Source: Myxococcales bacterium (GTDB lineage Bacteria; Myxococcota_A; Polyangia; Haliangiales; J016). Taken from it: DNA of 48,828 nt. The notes beneath the pieces were generated by a model that was given only the letters and a program-made list of their open reading frames with translations, was not told the origin of the DNA and did not search any database. Of the stretch, positions 17,117 through 26,694 are shown piece after piece. Every line of letters starts with the position of its first letter. Within the stretch, counting starts at the first letter, position 1. The position numbers and the translations under genes are program-made. Location of the stretch: the NCBI GenBank assembly GCA_014238595.1, contig JABAAV010000003.1:1-48828 (forward strand), read 5' to 3'.

Positions 17117-18295
17117 GTGATAGCAGATGTTATGCCTATCACCTCTTCTGAGCGCCTTAAACAATTACCAAAATTTTTATTTGTTCAGATTGATCAACTC
17201 AAATCAGATGCTGTCAAAAAAAATATTGATGTGATTGATCTTGGAGTTGGCGATCCCGATATTCCTACACCACAACCTATTATTGATGCTTTGAAAGAAG
17301 CCGTTCAAGATTCAAAATATCATCGATATCCAAGCCATTTGGGTATGCCTTCGTTTCGAGAGGCTGCCGCCAACTATTATCAAAAACATTGGGACGTATC
17401 GCTTGATCCCAACAACGAAGTTCTTGGTTTGATTGGAGCTAAAGAAGGCATTGCTAATTTGCCCGTTAGTCTTGTTAATCCTGATGACATCGTTTTGGTT
17501 CCTGATCCATCATATCCTGTTTATGGATCGAGTACATTGTTAAACGGTGGACATGTGCATCATGTTCCGTTAACACGCCACAACGGATTTCTTCCTGATT
17601 TATCATCGATTCCCAACGATATTTGTCGTCGTGCCAAAATTCTTTGGCTTAATTATCCCAACAACCCAACCGGTGCCATTGCTCCGTTGTCGTTTTATGA
17701 AGATGCGGTTGCATGGGCAAAAAAACATGATGTTGTTTTGGCAAGTGATGCGGCGTATATTGATTTATATTATGGAGAAAAACCACCATCTCTTTTGTCG
17801 GCACAGGGTGCCAAAGATGTTTCCATTGAATTTTATTCATTGTCAAAAACATTCAATATGGCAGGGTGGCGTATCGCATTTGCTTGTGGCAACGCTGAAT
17901 TAATTTCTATGTTAGCCACAGTCAAAACCAATGTTGATTCAGGTCCGTTTGATGCTGTTCAACAAGCCGCCATTGCAGGGTTAACAGGTGATCACTCTAT
18001 GGTCGAAGATATACGAGATGTTTATCGCGAGCGCCGTGATATTTTATGTCAAGGGTTGGTTGATGCAGGGTTTGATCTGTTTTATCCGGATGCAGGGTTA
18101 TACTGTTATGTTGCTGTTCCTCAAGGGGTAACTTCTATGGAATTTACGCGTCAGATTTTAGAACAAGCACATATTGTAACAACACCAGGCAATGGATTTG
18201 GTTCACAGGGAGAAGGCTTTGTTCGGTTTTCATTATGTGAAACCAAAGAACGTTTGATACAAGCCATAGAGCGACTCAAAAACGTCAAACTATAA
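17117..18295 (+). CDS. Class I/II PLP aminotransferase, LL-diaminopimelate aminotransferase (DapL)-like
   Basis: LPKFLFVQID, LGVGDPDIPTP, NYPNNPTG and YSLSKTFNMAGWRIAF (PLP lysine). The overall pattern fits DapL-type enzymes, but specificity cannot be proven from sequence alone. GTG at 17117 or ATG at 17132. Confidence 0.65.
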   Translation: MIADVMPITSSERLKQLPKFLFVQIDQLKSDAVKKNIDVIDLGVGDPDIPTPQPIIDALKEAVQDSKYHRYPSHLGMPSFREAAANYYQKHWDVSLDPNNEVLGLIGAKEGIANLPVSLVNPDDIVLVPDPSYPVYGSSTLLNGGHVHHVPLTRHNGFLPDLSSIPNDICRRAKILWLNYPNNPTGAIAPLSFYEDAVAWAKKHDVVLASDAAYIDLYYGEKPPSLLSAQGAKDVSIEFYSLSKTFNMAGWRIAFACGNAELISMLATVKTNVDSGPFDAVQQAAIAGLTGDHSMVEDIRDVYRERRDILCQGLVDAGFDLFYPDAGLYCYVAVPQGVTSMEFTRQILEQAHIVTTPGNGFGSQGEGFVRFSLCETKERLIQAIERLKNVKL

Positions 18296-18298
18296 AAT

Positions 18299-18835
18299 AT
18301 GACCGACCTTGAATCATTTCCGATCTATGTTGGACTTGGTGCTAATATAGGTTCAGATAAAGAAATCTCTGATCGTTTTGATCGTGCGATACAAATAATG
18401 AACACCTTTCCATTTGTTGTTTCTGTCCAAGTCTCTTCGCGATATCAAACAGGTGCCATAGGTGTCGTTCAATCAGATTTTATTAATGCGGTTGCTTGTT
18501 TGTTGGTTAAACAACCGCCTTCTGCCTCTGGTTTTTTGCAACTGCTTTTAAATATAGAAACGAAACTAGGACGTGATAGAACAGACCAAAATTTTATCAA
18601 CAAAGAACCTCGCACGATGGATTTAGATTTATTATTGTTTGGAGAACAGCAAGGTGTTTTTGTGGGGCCACCACTATGTATTGTGCCACATGAAAGATTA
18701 TATCAGCGTGCATTTGCATTGATGCCATTAGGTGAATTATTTGGATATGATAACGTCCTGATGAATACAGGGCTGACCATCAACGAACATCTTGCAACAC
18801 CTGATGTTGCAAAACAAAACATCATTCAACTATGA
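18299..18835 (+). CDS. folK: 2-amino-4-hydroxy-6-hydroxymethyldihydropteridine pyrophosphokinase (HPPK)
   Basis: IYVGLGANIG, EPRTMDLDLLLFGE and VPHERLYQRAFALMPLGEL are HPPK motifs. Confidence 0.85.
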   Translation: MTDLESFPIYVGLGANIGSDKEISDRFDRAIQIMNTFPFVVSVQVSSRYQTGAIGVVQSDFINAVACLLVKQPPSASGFLQLLLNIETKLGRDRTDQNFINKEPRTMDLDLLLFGEQQGVFVGPPLCIVPHERLYQRAFALMPLGELFGYDNVLMNTGLTINEHLATPDVAKQNIIQL

Positions 18836-19362
18836 CAACTAAAAATACATTGATTCATCAATCTGCTGTCGTTGATCAAGGTGCAACCCTTGGTAACAAA
18901 ACAGTTGTGTGGCATTTCTCACATGTTCGTGAAGGTGCCATTGTGGGAGATGATTGCATGATTGGACAGGGTTGTTACATTGGCAATGTTGTGTTGGGCG
19001 ATGGTGTTCGTGTTCAAAACAATGTTTCGATTTACGATGGTGTGACATTGTCGGACAATGTTTTTGTGGGACCTTCTGTCACCTTTACCAATGTTAACAG
19101 ACCTCGTGCCGCATACAAAACGAATCATCGTGAACAAACAATGATTGAACAAGGTGTCACGATTGGCGCGAATGCCACGATTATTTGTGGTGTCACGATT
19201 GGCGCATATGCGTTTATTGCAGCAGGCGCGGTGATCACCAGTAATGTTTCTTCCCATGCGTTAATGATGGGGGTTCCTGCAAAACAAACAGGATGGGTGT
19301 GTGTGTGTGGCAAGGAGCGTCAAACACAACCAACACAAGATCAAGTACAGTGTCTTTGTTAA
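18832..19362 (+). CDS. Left-handed beta-helix (hexapeptide) N-acetyltransferase, WbpD/WxcM-like sugar aminotransferase-partner type
   Basis: Repeated hexapeptide pattern (IHQSAVVDQGATLGNKTVVWHFSHVREGAIVGDDCMIGQGCYIG...GANATIICGVTIGAYAFIAAGAVIT). Its ATGA start overlaps the folK stop. Confidence 0.65.
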   Translation: MTTKNTLIHQSAVVDQGATLGNKTVVWHFSHVREGAIVGDDCMIGQGCYIGNVVLGDGVRVQNNVSIYDGVTLSDNVFVGPSVTFTNVNRPRAAYKTNHREQTMIEQGVTIGANATIICGVTIGAYAFIAAGAVITSNVSSHALMMGVPAKQTGWVCVCGKERQTQPTQDQVQCLC

Positions 19363-19374
19363 ACAACCGTGTCG

Positions 19375-20538
19375 TTACAGTGAAAAGGTTTCCCATTCAC
19401 CGCGACAAGGCATTGAGAACATAATTTTAATTTGTCGCCGTTTTGGAAAAAGCAACATAGAACAAGTTGTTCGAAATGGATCACCATGCATACAAATGGT
19501 GTTGTTGTTTCCATTGAGTGAGCCATTGTGATCAGACAAGATATTATGAAGATCAGATTCTTTAAAAACCTTAATGGGGTTTGTTAATTCTCTGAGACGG
19601 TCTTGACGCAGTAACGATGATTCCATGACATGAAAGCCACGGAGTTTTTTTGGAAGCAGCCGTGATAATGTTGTGTCGTGAGGTAAATCTATTTTGTGCA
19701 TTTCATCGGTAATGGCATGGTTGGTTTGAAAAAACATATCATTGTGATCTCGAATATTACGTACAGACATATGTTGAGGCGAGAGTTCTACAATAGCAAT
19801 GTCTCCAGTTGCATCGGCAAATGTTAGAATAGATGATCCCATTTTTGGACGATCATTTAAATGGTTCAGTGCCTCTTGGGTTGTTTTACATTTTTCTAAA
19901 ATTTCTTGAACAAGAAACGTCAAAGGAATACAGCCTGTTGCTTCTTCATGAAAAAAACCATAATTATATGTCACAGCAAGACCATCTTCGTTGATGCCTT
20001 CATGTGATCCTGTCATTGGTGTTGCTGTGACATCAATGGAATGTGCTTTGCCATATGGTTTGCTTTTGCGGAGCAAATACATGTGTTTAGCAATATCTGT
20101 GTAATCAAAGTTTTTAGCGATGACAGGTTCGTTGGTTTCAAAGCGTGTATTGGCAATAGCCAATGTAGAACAGCCTCCTAAAACTCGTGTAGAGAGTTTC
20201 GGTTGAGAAAAATTATTCATCATTGTTTCGATGGCAGGAATAATAAACAACATAGAGAGAGGTACTTTGGCTCCATCGGCAATACCTTGAGTGCGCTCGA
20301 ACATTCGCGGATAGTAATGGGTAAGATCATCTCGTATCCAATGCTCCCCATATTTACCGACAGCATATGACAGTAATTGTTTTCCACTATTGAAGGCAGG
20401 GAATGGTAAGCCTGAAATTGTTTTTGTAAGATCAAACAATAAATCGACAATTTCCTGAGAAGCATTTTCTATCTGTTTGCCTTGGATATGTCCCATTTCA
20501 TAAGGCATATGAGTGCATTCTAAAAAAGGAATCGGCAT
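19375..20538 (-). CDS. Peptidase C45 / acyl-CoA:6-aminopenicillanic-acid acyltransferase family Ntn-hydrolase
   Basis: 387 aa. Internal GGCSTLAI..., the candidate N-terminal nucleophile Cys after autoprocessing, followed by ..AKNFDY, is typical of the C45 family. The call is from motif memory only. Confidence 0.5.
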   Translation of the reverse strand: MPIPFLECTHMPYEMGHIQGKQIENASQEIVDLLFDLTKTISGLPFPAFNSGKQLLSYAVGKYGEHWIRDDLTHYYPRMFERTQGIADGAKVPLSMLFIIPAIETMMNNFSQPKLSTRVLGGCSTLAIANTRFETNEPVIAKNFDYTDIAKHMYLLRKSKPYGKAHSIDVTATPMTGSHEGINEDGLAVTYNYGFFHEEATGCIPLTFLVQEILEKCKTTQEALNHLNDRPKMGSSILTFADATGDIAIVELSPQHMSVRNIRDHNDMFFQTNHAITDEMHKIDLPHDTTLSRLLPKKLRGFHVMESSLLRQDRLRELTNPIKVFKESDLHNILSDHNGSLNGNNNTICMHGDPFRTTCSMLLFPKRRQIKIMFSMPCRGEWETFSL

Positions 20539-20652
20539 GGGAGTTATCTTCTTTGCTTCGTATGGTTGTTGATCTGCATCATTATATAAGAATGATGCAG
20601 TTTACGCAGATGCGCTTACAGTAGCAACAAAACATTGGTGTCGTTATCACGA

Positions 20653-21675
20653 TTAATTACTCCAGATTTTGTTTGGAAGACGTGCAAGTAAAACCAAAAA
20701 GAATGGACCGCCCAAAAGTGCCGTTATAATACCGACAGGTATTTCTGCGGGCATAAAAATCAGTCGTGCCAATGTATCGCAAAAAACAACAAAACCTGCT
20801 CCAAAAATAATGCATACAGGTAATAGTTTTCGTTGGTCAGGTCCTACAATGCCTCGCAACCAATGCGGAATGACAAGACCCACAAAACCAATAGGTCCGG
20901 CAATAGCAATGCTGCTCCCTACGATTAAAGACACTGCAAAAAAAACCCAAAACCTTGTTTTGGCGGGTGAAAAACCTAACATCGCTGTCGCAGTTGTACC
21001 TGCACTTAATGTGTTGATGGGGCGTGCGAAATAAAACAATAACCCAAGTCCTATCATGATAGGGACTAACGATTGTGTAATAGCTTGGTACCCTGTGACA
21101 TCTAACCCTCCCATCATCCAATGGACAAAGCGATAAATTTCAGAAAAACTTGCTGTGTATTGAATGAGCAATGTTGCTGCACCACAAAACAATGAAATCG
21201 TGATGCCGGCTAGAATAAGAGAATTTCCTGAAAGCGATCGTTTGTATGTTGCAAGATATGTGATTAATCCCATTGTTGTCATGGCACCAAGCATTGCAGC
21301 GATACCGACACTATTGATGCCCCATATATGATCAATGCCCCATCGAATGGTAGCTAATGCTGCCAAAGAAGCACCTGATGAAATGCCTAATGTATAGGGT
21401 TCTGCAAGAGGATTTCGAAGTATAGCTTGGAGTGCACTACCGGCCGCTGCTAAAGATGCTCCAACAAGTGCCCCTGCAAAAACGCGTGGAAGTCGCAAAA
21501 GAAAAAAGCGCGAAGCTTGGGTTGGTTCTTGTGTTAATCCTGAAATAACATCAGCAATTGATAACAAGGCTAAGCCTTCCCCTGTGACAGGATCGATTCC
21601 GATCAGAGGTACTACCCCACACATGATGACAGTCATGAGGCTAAGAAAAACAACAACTATGGTTCGAAATGACAT
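20653..21675 (-). CDS. FecCD/BtuC-family ABC importer permease (iron-siderophore/cobalamin type)
   Basis: 340 aa with about 9-10 TM segments. RNPLAEPYTLGISSGASL and GPIGFVGLVIPH are FecCD signatures. Confidence 0.85.
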   Translation of the reverse strand: MSFRTIVVVFLSLMTVIMCGVVPLIGIDPVTGEGLALLSIADVISGLTQEPTQASRFFLLRLPRVFAGALVGASLAAAGSALQAILRNPLAEPYTLGISSGASLAALATIRWGIDHIWGINSVGIAAMLGAMTTMGLITYLATYKRSLSGNSLILAGITISLFCGAATLLIQYTASFSEIYRFVHWMMGGLDVTGYQAITQSLVPIMIGLGLLFYFARPINTLSAGTTATAMLGFSPAKTRFWVFFAVSLIVGSSIAIAGPIGFVGLVIPHWLRGIVGPDQRKLLPVCIIFGAGFVVFCDTLARLIFMPAEIPVGIITALLGGPFFLVLLARLPNKIWSN

Positions 21676-21684
21676 GAGACTAGA

Positions 21685-22452
21685 TTACCAAGGCATCACA
21701 AATGGTTGATTGTTTTTCGGTAACGTACTGATATGCAATGTTGTATCCAATGCTGTTTCGGCTTCGGAGGATGAAAGAACAGAGAGTGGATCACCATCAA
21801 GACAAATGGTTTGATCATGAAGTAATATAACACGATCAGCAAAGCGACTTGCTAACGTTAGATCATGTGTTGTTATCAATGCTGTACGGTTTTTTGTGCG
21901 AACTTGGTTTTGAATTGTAGAAAACAATGTAATGGCATGGGATGGATCAAGAGATGCTGTTGGTTCATCAAAGAATAATAGTGGTGTGTTTTGACAAAAG
22001 GCTTGAGCCAATAACACACGACGTTGTTCTCCTGTGGAAAGTTGTGTAAAAGATTTGTCTGCAAACACATCAACATGACATTGAGTCATGGCTTGGTTGG
22101 CTAGCGCGAGATCTTCTTTGCTTGTTGAAGCGAGCCATGTTGTAAAGGGATACCGTCCCATCATCACAATGTCTTTAACGGGAAATGGCATTGTCATAAT
22201 ATAATTTTGGGATAAAAATGAAATTTGTTGAGCTATATCACGACGAGACAAGGTTGTGATTGATTGGTCATTGAGTGTAATCGTTCCTTGAAAGGGTGTC
22301 AGAAGACCAGCAAACAAACTAAGAAGCGTTGTTTTGCCTGATCCATTGGCGCCAACCAAACAAACCAATTCTCCTGGACACAGTGAGAGTGAAACATCAT
22401 GAAGAATGGTCTGATGTTGATACGAAAACGAAAGGTTCTTTGCAACAATCAT
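21685..22452 (-). CDS. ABC transporter ATP-binding protein (FecE/BtuD-like)
   Basis: Walker A GANGSGKTT, signature LSTGEQRRV and Walker B LLFFDEP. Lies 9 nt upstream of the permease. Confidence 0.85.
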   Translation of the reverse strand: MIVAKNLSFSYQHQTILHDVSLSLCPGELVCLVGANGSGKTTLLSLFAGLLTPFQGTITLNDQSITTLSRRDIAQQISFLSQNYIMTMPFPVKDIVMMGRYPFTTWLASTSKEDLALANQAMTQCHVDVFADKSFTQLSTGEQRRVLLAQAFCQNTPLLFFDEPTASLDPSHAITLFSTIQNQVRTKNRTALITTHDLTLASRFADRVILLHDQTICLDGDPLSVLSSSEAETALDTTLHISTLPKNNQPFVMPW

Positions 22453-22461
22453 GACACTAGA

Positions 22462-23310
22462 TTACACAATAGAAGGACGACCATGGTTGTTGAGAAACAC
22501 AGGGGAAGATAGTTGTTGATGAACAAATTGCTTTGCTGCCAAAGCAGCATCAATAAGTGGGATGTTGTTGATAAGATAACATCCTAACGCTGTAGACAAT
22601 GCACATCCTGTACCATGTATATCATGTGTCACTGCAATGTGAGGCAACGAAAGAGGTGTGGTCGCTGTTTTTGTGATTAAAAAATCGGTGGCTTGTGTGG
22701 TTAGATGGGATGAATCATTTCCGCCTTTGATTAACACCGCATGAAGCCCTTGAGACAGCAGAGTTTCTCCCATAGATTTAATCATGTCATCAGTGATGTC
22801 AGCGTGAGATGACGGCGGTACTGCACAGAGACGATGGGCTTCATGACTGTTGGGTGTGAGTATAATTTGATGGTTTGGTAAGCTTTTCGTTAATGTTGCA
22901 ATCATCTGTGTTGGATCATCGATATAAAAAACAGTGTCACCCAATGTTGGTGCAAGCACTGGATCCCAAACAATAGGAACTGTTGATGGAAGTTTTTGGA
23001 GTGACTGTACAATGGCTTCTAAAATTGTGTCGTTAGGGATCATGCCTATTTTGACAGCAGCAATTGTTAAATCATCACACAAGGCAGTGACTTGTTGCAC
23101 AAGGTGTTCAGGATTTGAAGGTGTTATTGTTTTGACACCTTGTGTTGTTTGTACCGTGGTTGCTGTCAATGTTCCGACAGGACGAATCTGATGAGCATGT
23201 GCCACCGTTAAATCGGCAATAAATCCTGCACCGCCTGATGGATCAAGCCCCGAGAGAATTAACAAGTTCGGTAAAAAGGTGTGTTTAGATGTAGCGGTAT
23301 ATGTCGACAT
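22462..23310 (-). CDS. thiD: Hydroxymethylpyrimidine/phosphomethylpyrimidine kinase (ThiD-like ribokinase-fold kinase)
   Basis: LILSGLDPSGGAGFIADL N-terminus, KIGMI, and HGTGCALSTAL C-terminal anion-hole motif. Confidence 0.75.
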   Translation of the reverse strand: MSTYTATSKHTFLPNLLILSGLDPSGGAGFIADLTVAHAHQIRPVGTLTATTVQTTQGVKTITPSNPEHLVQQVTALCDDLTIAAVKIGMIPNDTILEAIVQSLQKLPSTVPIVWDPVLAPTLGDTVFYIDDPTQMIATLTKSLPNHQIILTPNSHEAHRLCAVPPSSHADITDDMIKSMGETLLSQGLHAVLIKGGNDSSHLTTQATDFLITKTATTPLSLPHIAVTHDIHGTGCALSTALGCYLINNIPLIDAALAAKQFVHQQLSSPVFLNNHGRPSIV

Positions 23311-23502
23311 GGCTGAAACGATTGAAATTCTCTTCTATCAAAGACGACATCGATAAAAAAACCAAGACAAACAACAGTAGAAATGCGTCAAAAATACTAT
23401 AGAAGGCACAAGAATCACCAAAGCAAAAGTCACTGTATGAAGACTTGCAAGAACACAAAAGATAACGCATCATCCGCTGTTGATAGGAGTGAAGAAACAC
23501 TG

Positions 23503-24321
23503 ATGACCACCGAAAAAAATGCCACACAACAGCCTGTTCTTTTGGAAAAAAAAGATTATGTAGCTACGATCACTCTCAATCAACCGGATAAGCGTAATGC
23601 CATGACACCAGAGTTGCTTACGGGATTTTCTGAAAAAGTTCGAGATGTTCGAGATGATACTGAGATGCGCGTTTTGATTATTCGTGGCGTGGGTCGCTTT
23701 TTTTGTACAGGGGCGAGTTTTGGAAATTCTATCCCTGAAATGGCGGTAACCACTGTGCCTGGTGTGTTAGGGCAATCTAAATCATTGCGCCATTTGTATG
23801 CTTATTTTTTAGATTTGTTGGATGTTGAAATACCTGTCATTGCACAGATTAATGGACATGCCATTGGCGGTGGATTGGGTTTAGCGTTGGCCTGTGATTT
23901 TCGTATTGTATCAAAGCAAGCGAAAATAGGTGCCAACTTTGTACGACTCGGGTTGTCTCCAGGAATGGCGACGAGTTATTTGTTACCACGTCTGATTGGA
24001 ATTCCTCGTGCCGCAGAGCTTTTATTAACGGGACGTATCATTAACGGAGAAGAAGCCTATAATATGGGAATGATGCATTCAGTGTCCGATGAGAATGCTG
24101 TTGCTACCTGTGTTGATCAATTAAAACAAGAGATCTTGATGGCAGCACCTTTGGCCGTGCGTCTTGCGAAAAAAGCGATGTACCAAAGTATGGATTTCAA
24201 TCCCAGAGATCATCTTTTATTTGAATCATTTTGTCAGTCAGCATCAACTCAAACCAAAGATATGCGTGAAGGTATTATGGCAGCAATGGAAAAACGCGAA
24301 CCCGAGTTTAAAGGAAAATAA
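23503..24321 (+). CDS. Enoyl-CoA hydratase/isomerase (crotonase family)
   Basis: ATITLNQPDKRNAM, FCTGASF and INGHAIGGGLGLALACDFRI. The longest ORF starts at 23383, but that adds a basic, non-homologous 40-aa extension. The ATG at 23503 is preferred. Confidence 0.85.
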   Translation: MTTEKNATQQPVLLEKKDYVATITLNQPDKRNAMTPELLTGFSEKVRDVRDDTEMRVLIIRGVGRFFCTGASFGNSIPEMAVTTVPGVLGQSKSLRHLYAYFLDLLDVEIPVIAQINGHAIGGGLGLALACDFRIVSKQAKIGANFVRLGLSPGMATSYLLPRLIGIPRAAELLLTGRIINGEEAYNMGMMHSVSDENAVATCVDQLKQEILMAAPLAVRLAKKAMYQSMDFNPRDHLLFESFCQSASTQTKDMREGIMAAMEKREPEFKGK

Positions 24322-24327
24322 ACAACG

Positions 24328-25413
24328 ATGTTTACTTTTTCCTTAACAGAAGAACAAGAACTGATTGCTAAATCAGCCCATGAATTTGCTCAAGAACAAC
24401 TGCTACCGCATTGTCGTGAGATGGAAAAAAAACATGTGTTATCTGAAGCACTGCGCGCACAATACGATACCCTTGGTTTTTCGGGTGCAGAAATTCCATC
24501 TCATATAGGTGGACTGGATCTTTCACCATTGGATCGAATGTTGTTGTTGCACAATCTTGCACAAGGAGATGTTGCAGTAACGTTAGCCTTTGATGGATTA
24601 GGTCCTGCTATTTATCCCCTTCTTGAATCTCAAGATAATCAAGAACAATGCTATAAAATACTTTCTTCAAAACAAGGTCGTGGTTGGGTCGTGTTTGATG
24701 ATGAAGAACGTTTTACCATCAAAGATGGAAAAATCACGGGTGTTTTCCCATGGGTTCCTGCCAATGAACTTGCTGTTTTTATTGTTATACAGGGTCAGAC
24801 GATGACCGTTATTGATCAAGGGATGGCTATGGAAAAAGTCATTCCTCAAGCATTGCATGCCGCAGGATCATCAGAAATTACACTAGATGCCCCCATTGTT
24901 TTTTCAGAAACATTGACACAAAAAGCCTACGCTAAAATAGTGGCACGACTTCGTCTTTATGTGGCATCTCTGATGACTGGTGTAGCAACAGTATCACTTA
25001 AATATGCAATGGATTATACACAAAACAGAATTGCATTTGGGTTACCTATTGCACATCACCAAGGTGTTGCGTTTTTGTTTTCAGAATTAGCTGTCAATTT
25101 AGATGCCGCTAAAATGTCATGTTGGCGATTGGCATGGGCATTGACACAAGACGGTGATCCAACAGAAGCAGGTGCCGCAGCAATGATTCATGCCAGTAAT
25201 AGTGGTGTTGCCATTGGTGAACAATCCGTACAAATGCTTGGTGGTCATGGCTATATGAAAGATTTCCCTGTTGAAAAATGGATGCGCGAAATCAAAACAT
25301 TAGCGCAATTATGGGGTGGTTCAATGGCGGCTATTGATGATTCATCGAAGCAGTTGCAGGCATTAACAGGGCATGTAGGGTTTGCGTTGCCGATGTTTGC
25401 CGATGTTTCATAG
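24328..25413 (+). CDS. Acyl-CoA dehydrogenase-fold protein lacking the catalytic glutamate (probable non-catalytic partner subunit)
   Basis: 361 aa with ACAD-like N- and C-domains (GGHGYMKDFPVEKWMRE). The position of the (I/Y)EGT catalytic motif reads QLWGGS. Confidence 0.7.
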   Translation: MFTFSLTEEQELIAKSAHEFAQEQLLPHCREMEKKHVLSEALRAQYDTLGFSGAEIPSHIGGLDLSPLDRMLLLHNLAQGDVAVTLAFDGLGPAIYPLLESQDNQEQCYKILSSKQGRGWVVFDDEERFTIKDGKITGVFPWVPANELAVFIVIQGQTMTVIDQGMAMEKVIPQALHAAGSSEITLDAPIVFSETLTQKAYAKIVARLRLYVASLMTGVATVSLKYAMDYTQNRIAFGLPIAHHQGVAFLFSELAVNLDAAKMSCWRLAWALTQDGDPTEAGAAAMIHASNSGVAIGEQSVQMLGGHGYMKDFPVEKWMREIKTLAQLWGGSMAAIDDSSKQLQALTGHVGFALPMFADVS

Positions 25414-25455
25414 TTCTGTACCAGATCATGATGATAACGATAAAGGAGATCACCG

Positions 25456-26679
25456 ATGGATTTTAGTCTTGATGATGCAACGGTAAAACGAATGAAAATG
25501 CTTCGAAGTTTAGGGCGTGATGTTCTTCGTCCGTTAGGTCTAGAATGTGATCGACAAGGAAAACCGCTTGATGCTGATCATCCATTTTTTCAACGTGTGA
25601 TTGATATGGGATTGGTTCGACCTGTCAGTGATTCCAAGAAAAACAAACAAGAGAATCAAGGCAAAGAAAAAAAGACGGCACGTATTGCTGTCATGTTTGC
25701 TGAAGAAGCCTCGTATTGGGATCGCGGTATTACCGTTGCCTTTCCTGGACCAGGATTGGGTGGTCCCCCTATTGCACAGATGGGAACACCCGAACAACAG
25801 GAACGTTTTTTGAGTGTGTTTAGAGATGGAAAACCTCATTGGGGTTCATTTGGTATGACCGAACCCAATGCTGGTAGTGATATTGCGGCGATTGCGACGA
25901 CATGTCACAAAGAAGGCAATGAATGGGTATTAAATGGTGCAAAAACATTCATCTCAAATGTTAAACGCGGAGAATGGTGCGTTATTTTTGCTACGATTGA
26001 TCCCAAGCAAGGTCGTGCGGGACATCGTGTTTTTGTTGTTGAGAAAAACACCCCTGGATTTGTTGTTACAAAAGTTGAAGAAAAAATGGGTCTTAAAGCC
26101 TATGAAAGCTGTTCCTTGGTCATGGAAAATTGTCGAATACCTTCAGATAATTTACTTGGTGGTGAAAAACATTATCAATCACAGGAAGGGTTTAGAGGTG
26201 CAATGTCTGCATTTAACGCTTCACGATCATTGGTGGCAGGCATGGCGATTGGTGTAGGGCGTGCGGCATGGGATCATGCACGACGCTTTATGAAAGAAAA
26301 TTATAATTTGTCGCGACCTATACGAAGGTATCGACAAATGGAAGAACGATTAGTCATGGTCAAACATCAATTAGATGCAGGTAGAATGCTTGCATGGCGT
26401 GGTGCATGGCTTTTGGATCAAGATAAACCCAATGCCTTGGAAGCTTCAATGGCAAAAGCATACTGTCCACCGGTGGCGTTAGAAGCCTGTCGTGTTGCGA
26501 TGGAAGTGCTTTCCGATGCGGGTGTTCGTAATGATCATGTGGTTGAAAAATTATATCGTGATGTCAAAGCCATGGATATTGTTGAAGGAACACAACAGAT
26601 GCAACGAACAGTTATTGCAAGACGATTAGTGAACCTTCCTAATTATAATCAAAGTCATGTCTCATCAACAACGAATTAA
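25456..26679 (+). CDS. Acyl-CoA dehydrogenase (catalytic subunit)
   Basis: FGMTEPNAGSD, TFISN, and the C-terminal YRDVKAMDIVEGTQQMQR with the catalytic Glu in the EGT motif. Confidence 0.85.
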   Translation: MDFSLDDATVKRMKMLRSLGRDVLRPLGLECDRQGKPLDADHPFFQRVIDMGLVRPVSDSKKNKQENQGKEKKTARIAVMFAEEASYWDRGITVAFPGPGLGGPPIAQMGTPEQQERFLSVFRDGKPHWGSFGMTEPNAGSDIAAIATTCHKEGNEWVLNGAKTFISNVKRGEWCVIFATIDPKQGRAGHRVFVVEKNTPGFVVTKVEEKMGLKAYESCSLVMENCRIPSDNLLGGEKHYQSQEGFRGAMSAFNASRSLVAGMAIGVGRAAWDHARRFMKENYNLSRPIRRYRQMEERLVMVKHQLDAGRMLAWRGAWLLDQDKPNALEASMAKAYCPPVALEACRVAMEVLSDAGVRNDHVVEKLYRDVKAMDIVEGTQQMQRTVIARRLVNLPNYNQSHVSSTTN

Positions 26680-26694
26680 ACAAGGATTGAATCA

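Noticed and set aside
23311-23502. TPP riboswitch upstream of thiD
   Set aside because: Reading the minus strand upstream of the thiD ATG, I found neither the conserved CUGAGA element nor the ACCUGAUCUGGAUAAUGCCAGCG-like pyrimidine-sensor helix. The region is short, A/T-rich and shared with the divergent crotonase promoter.
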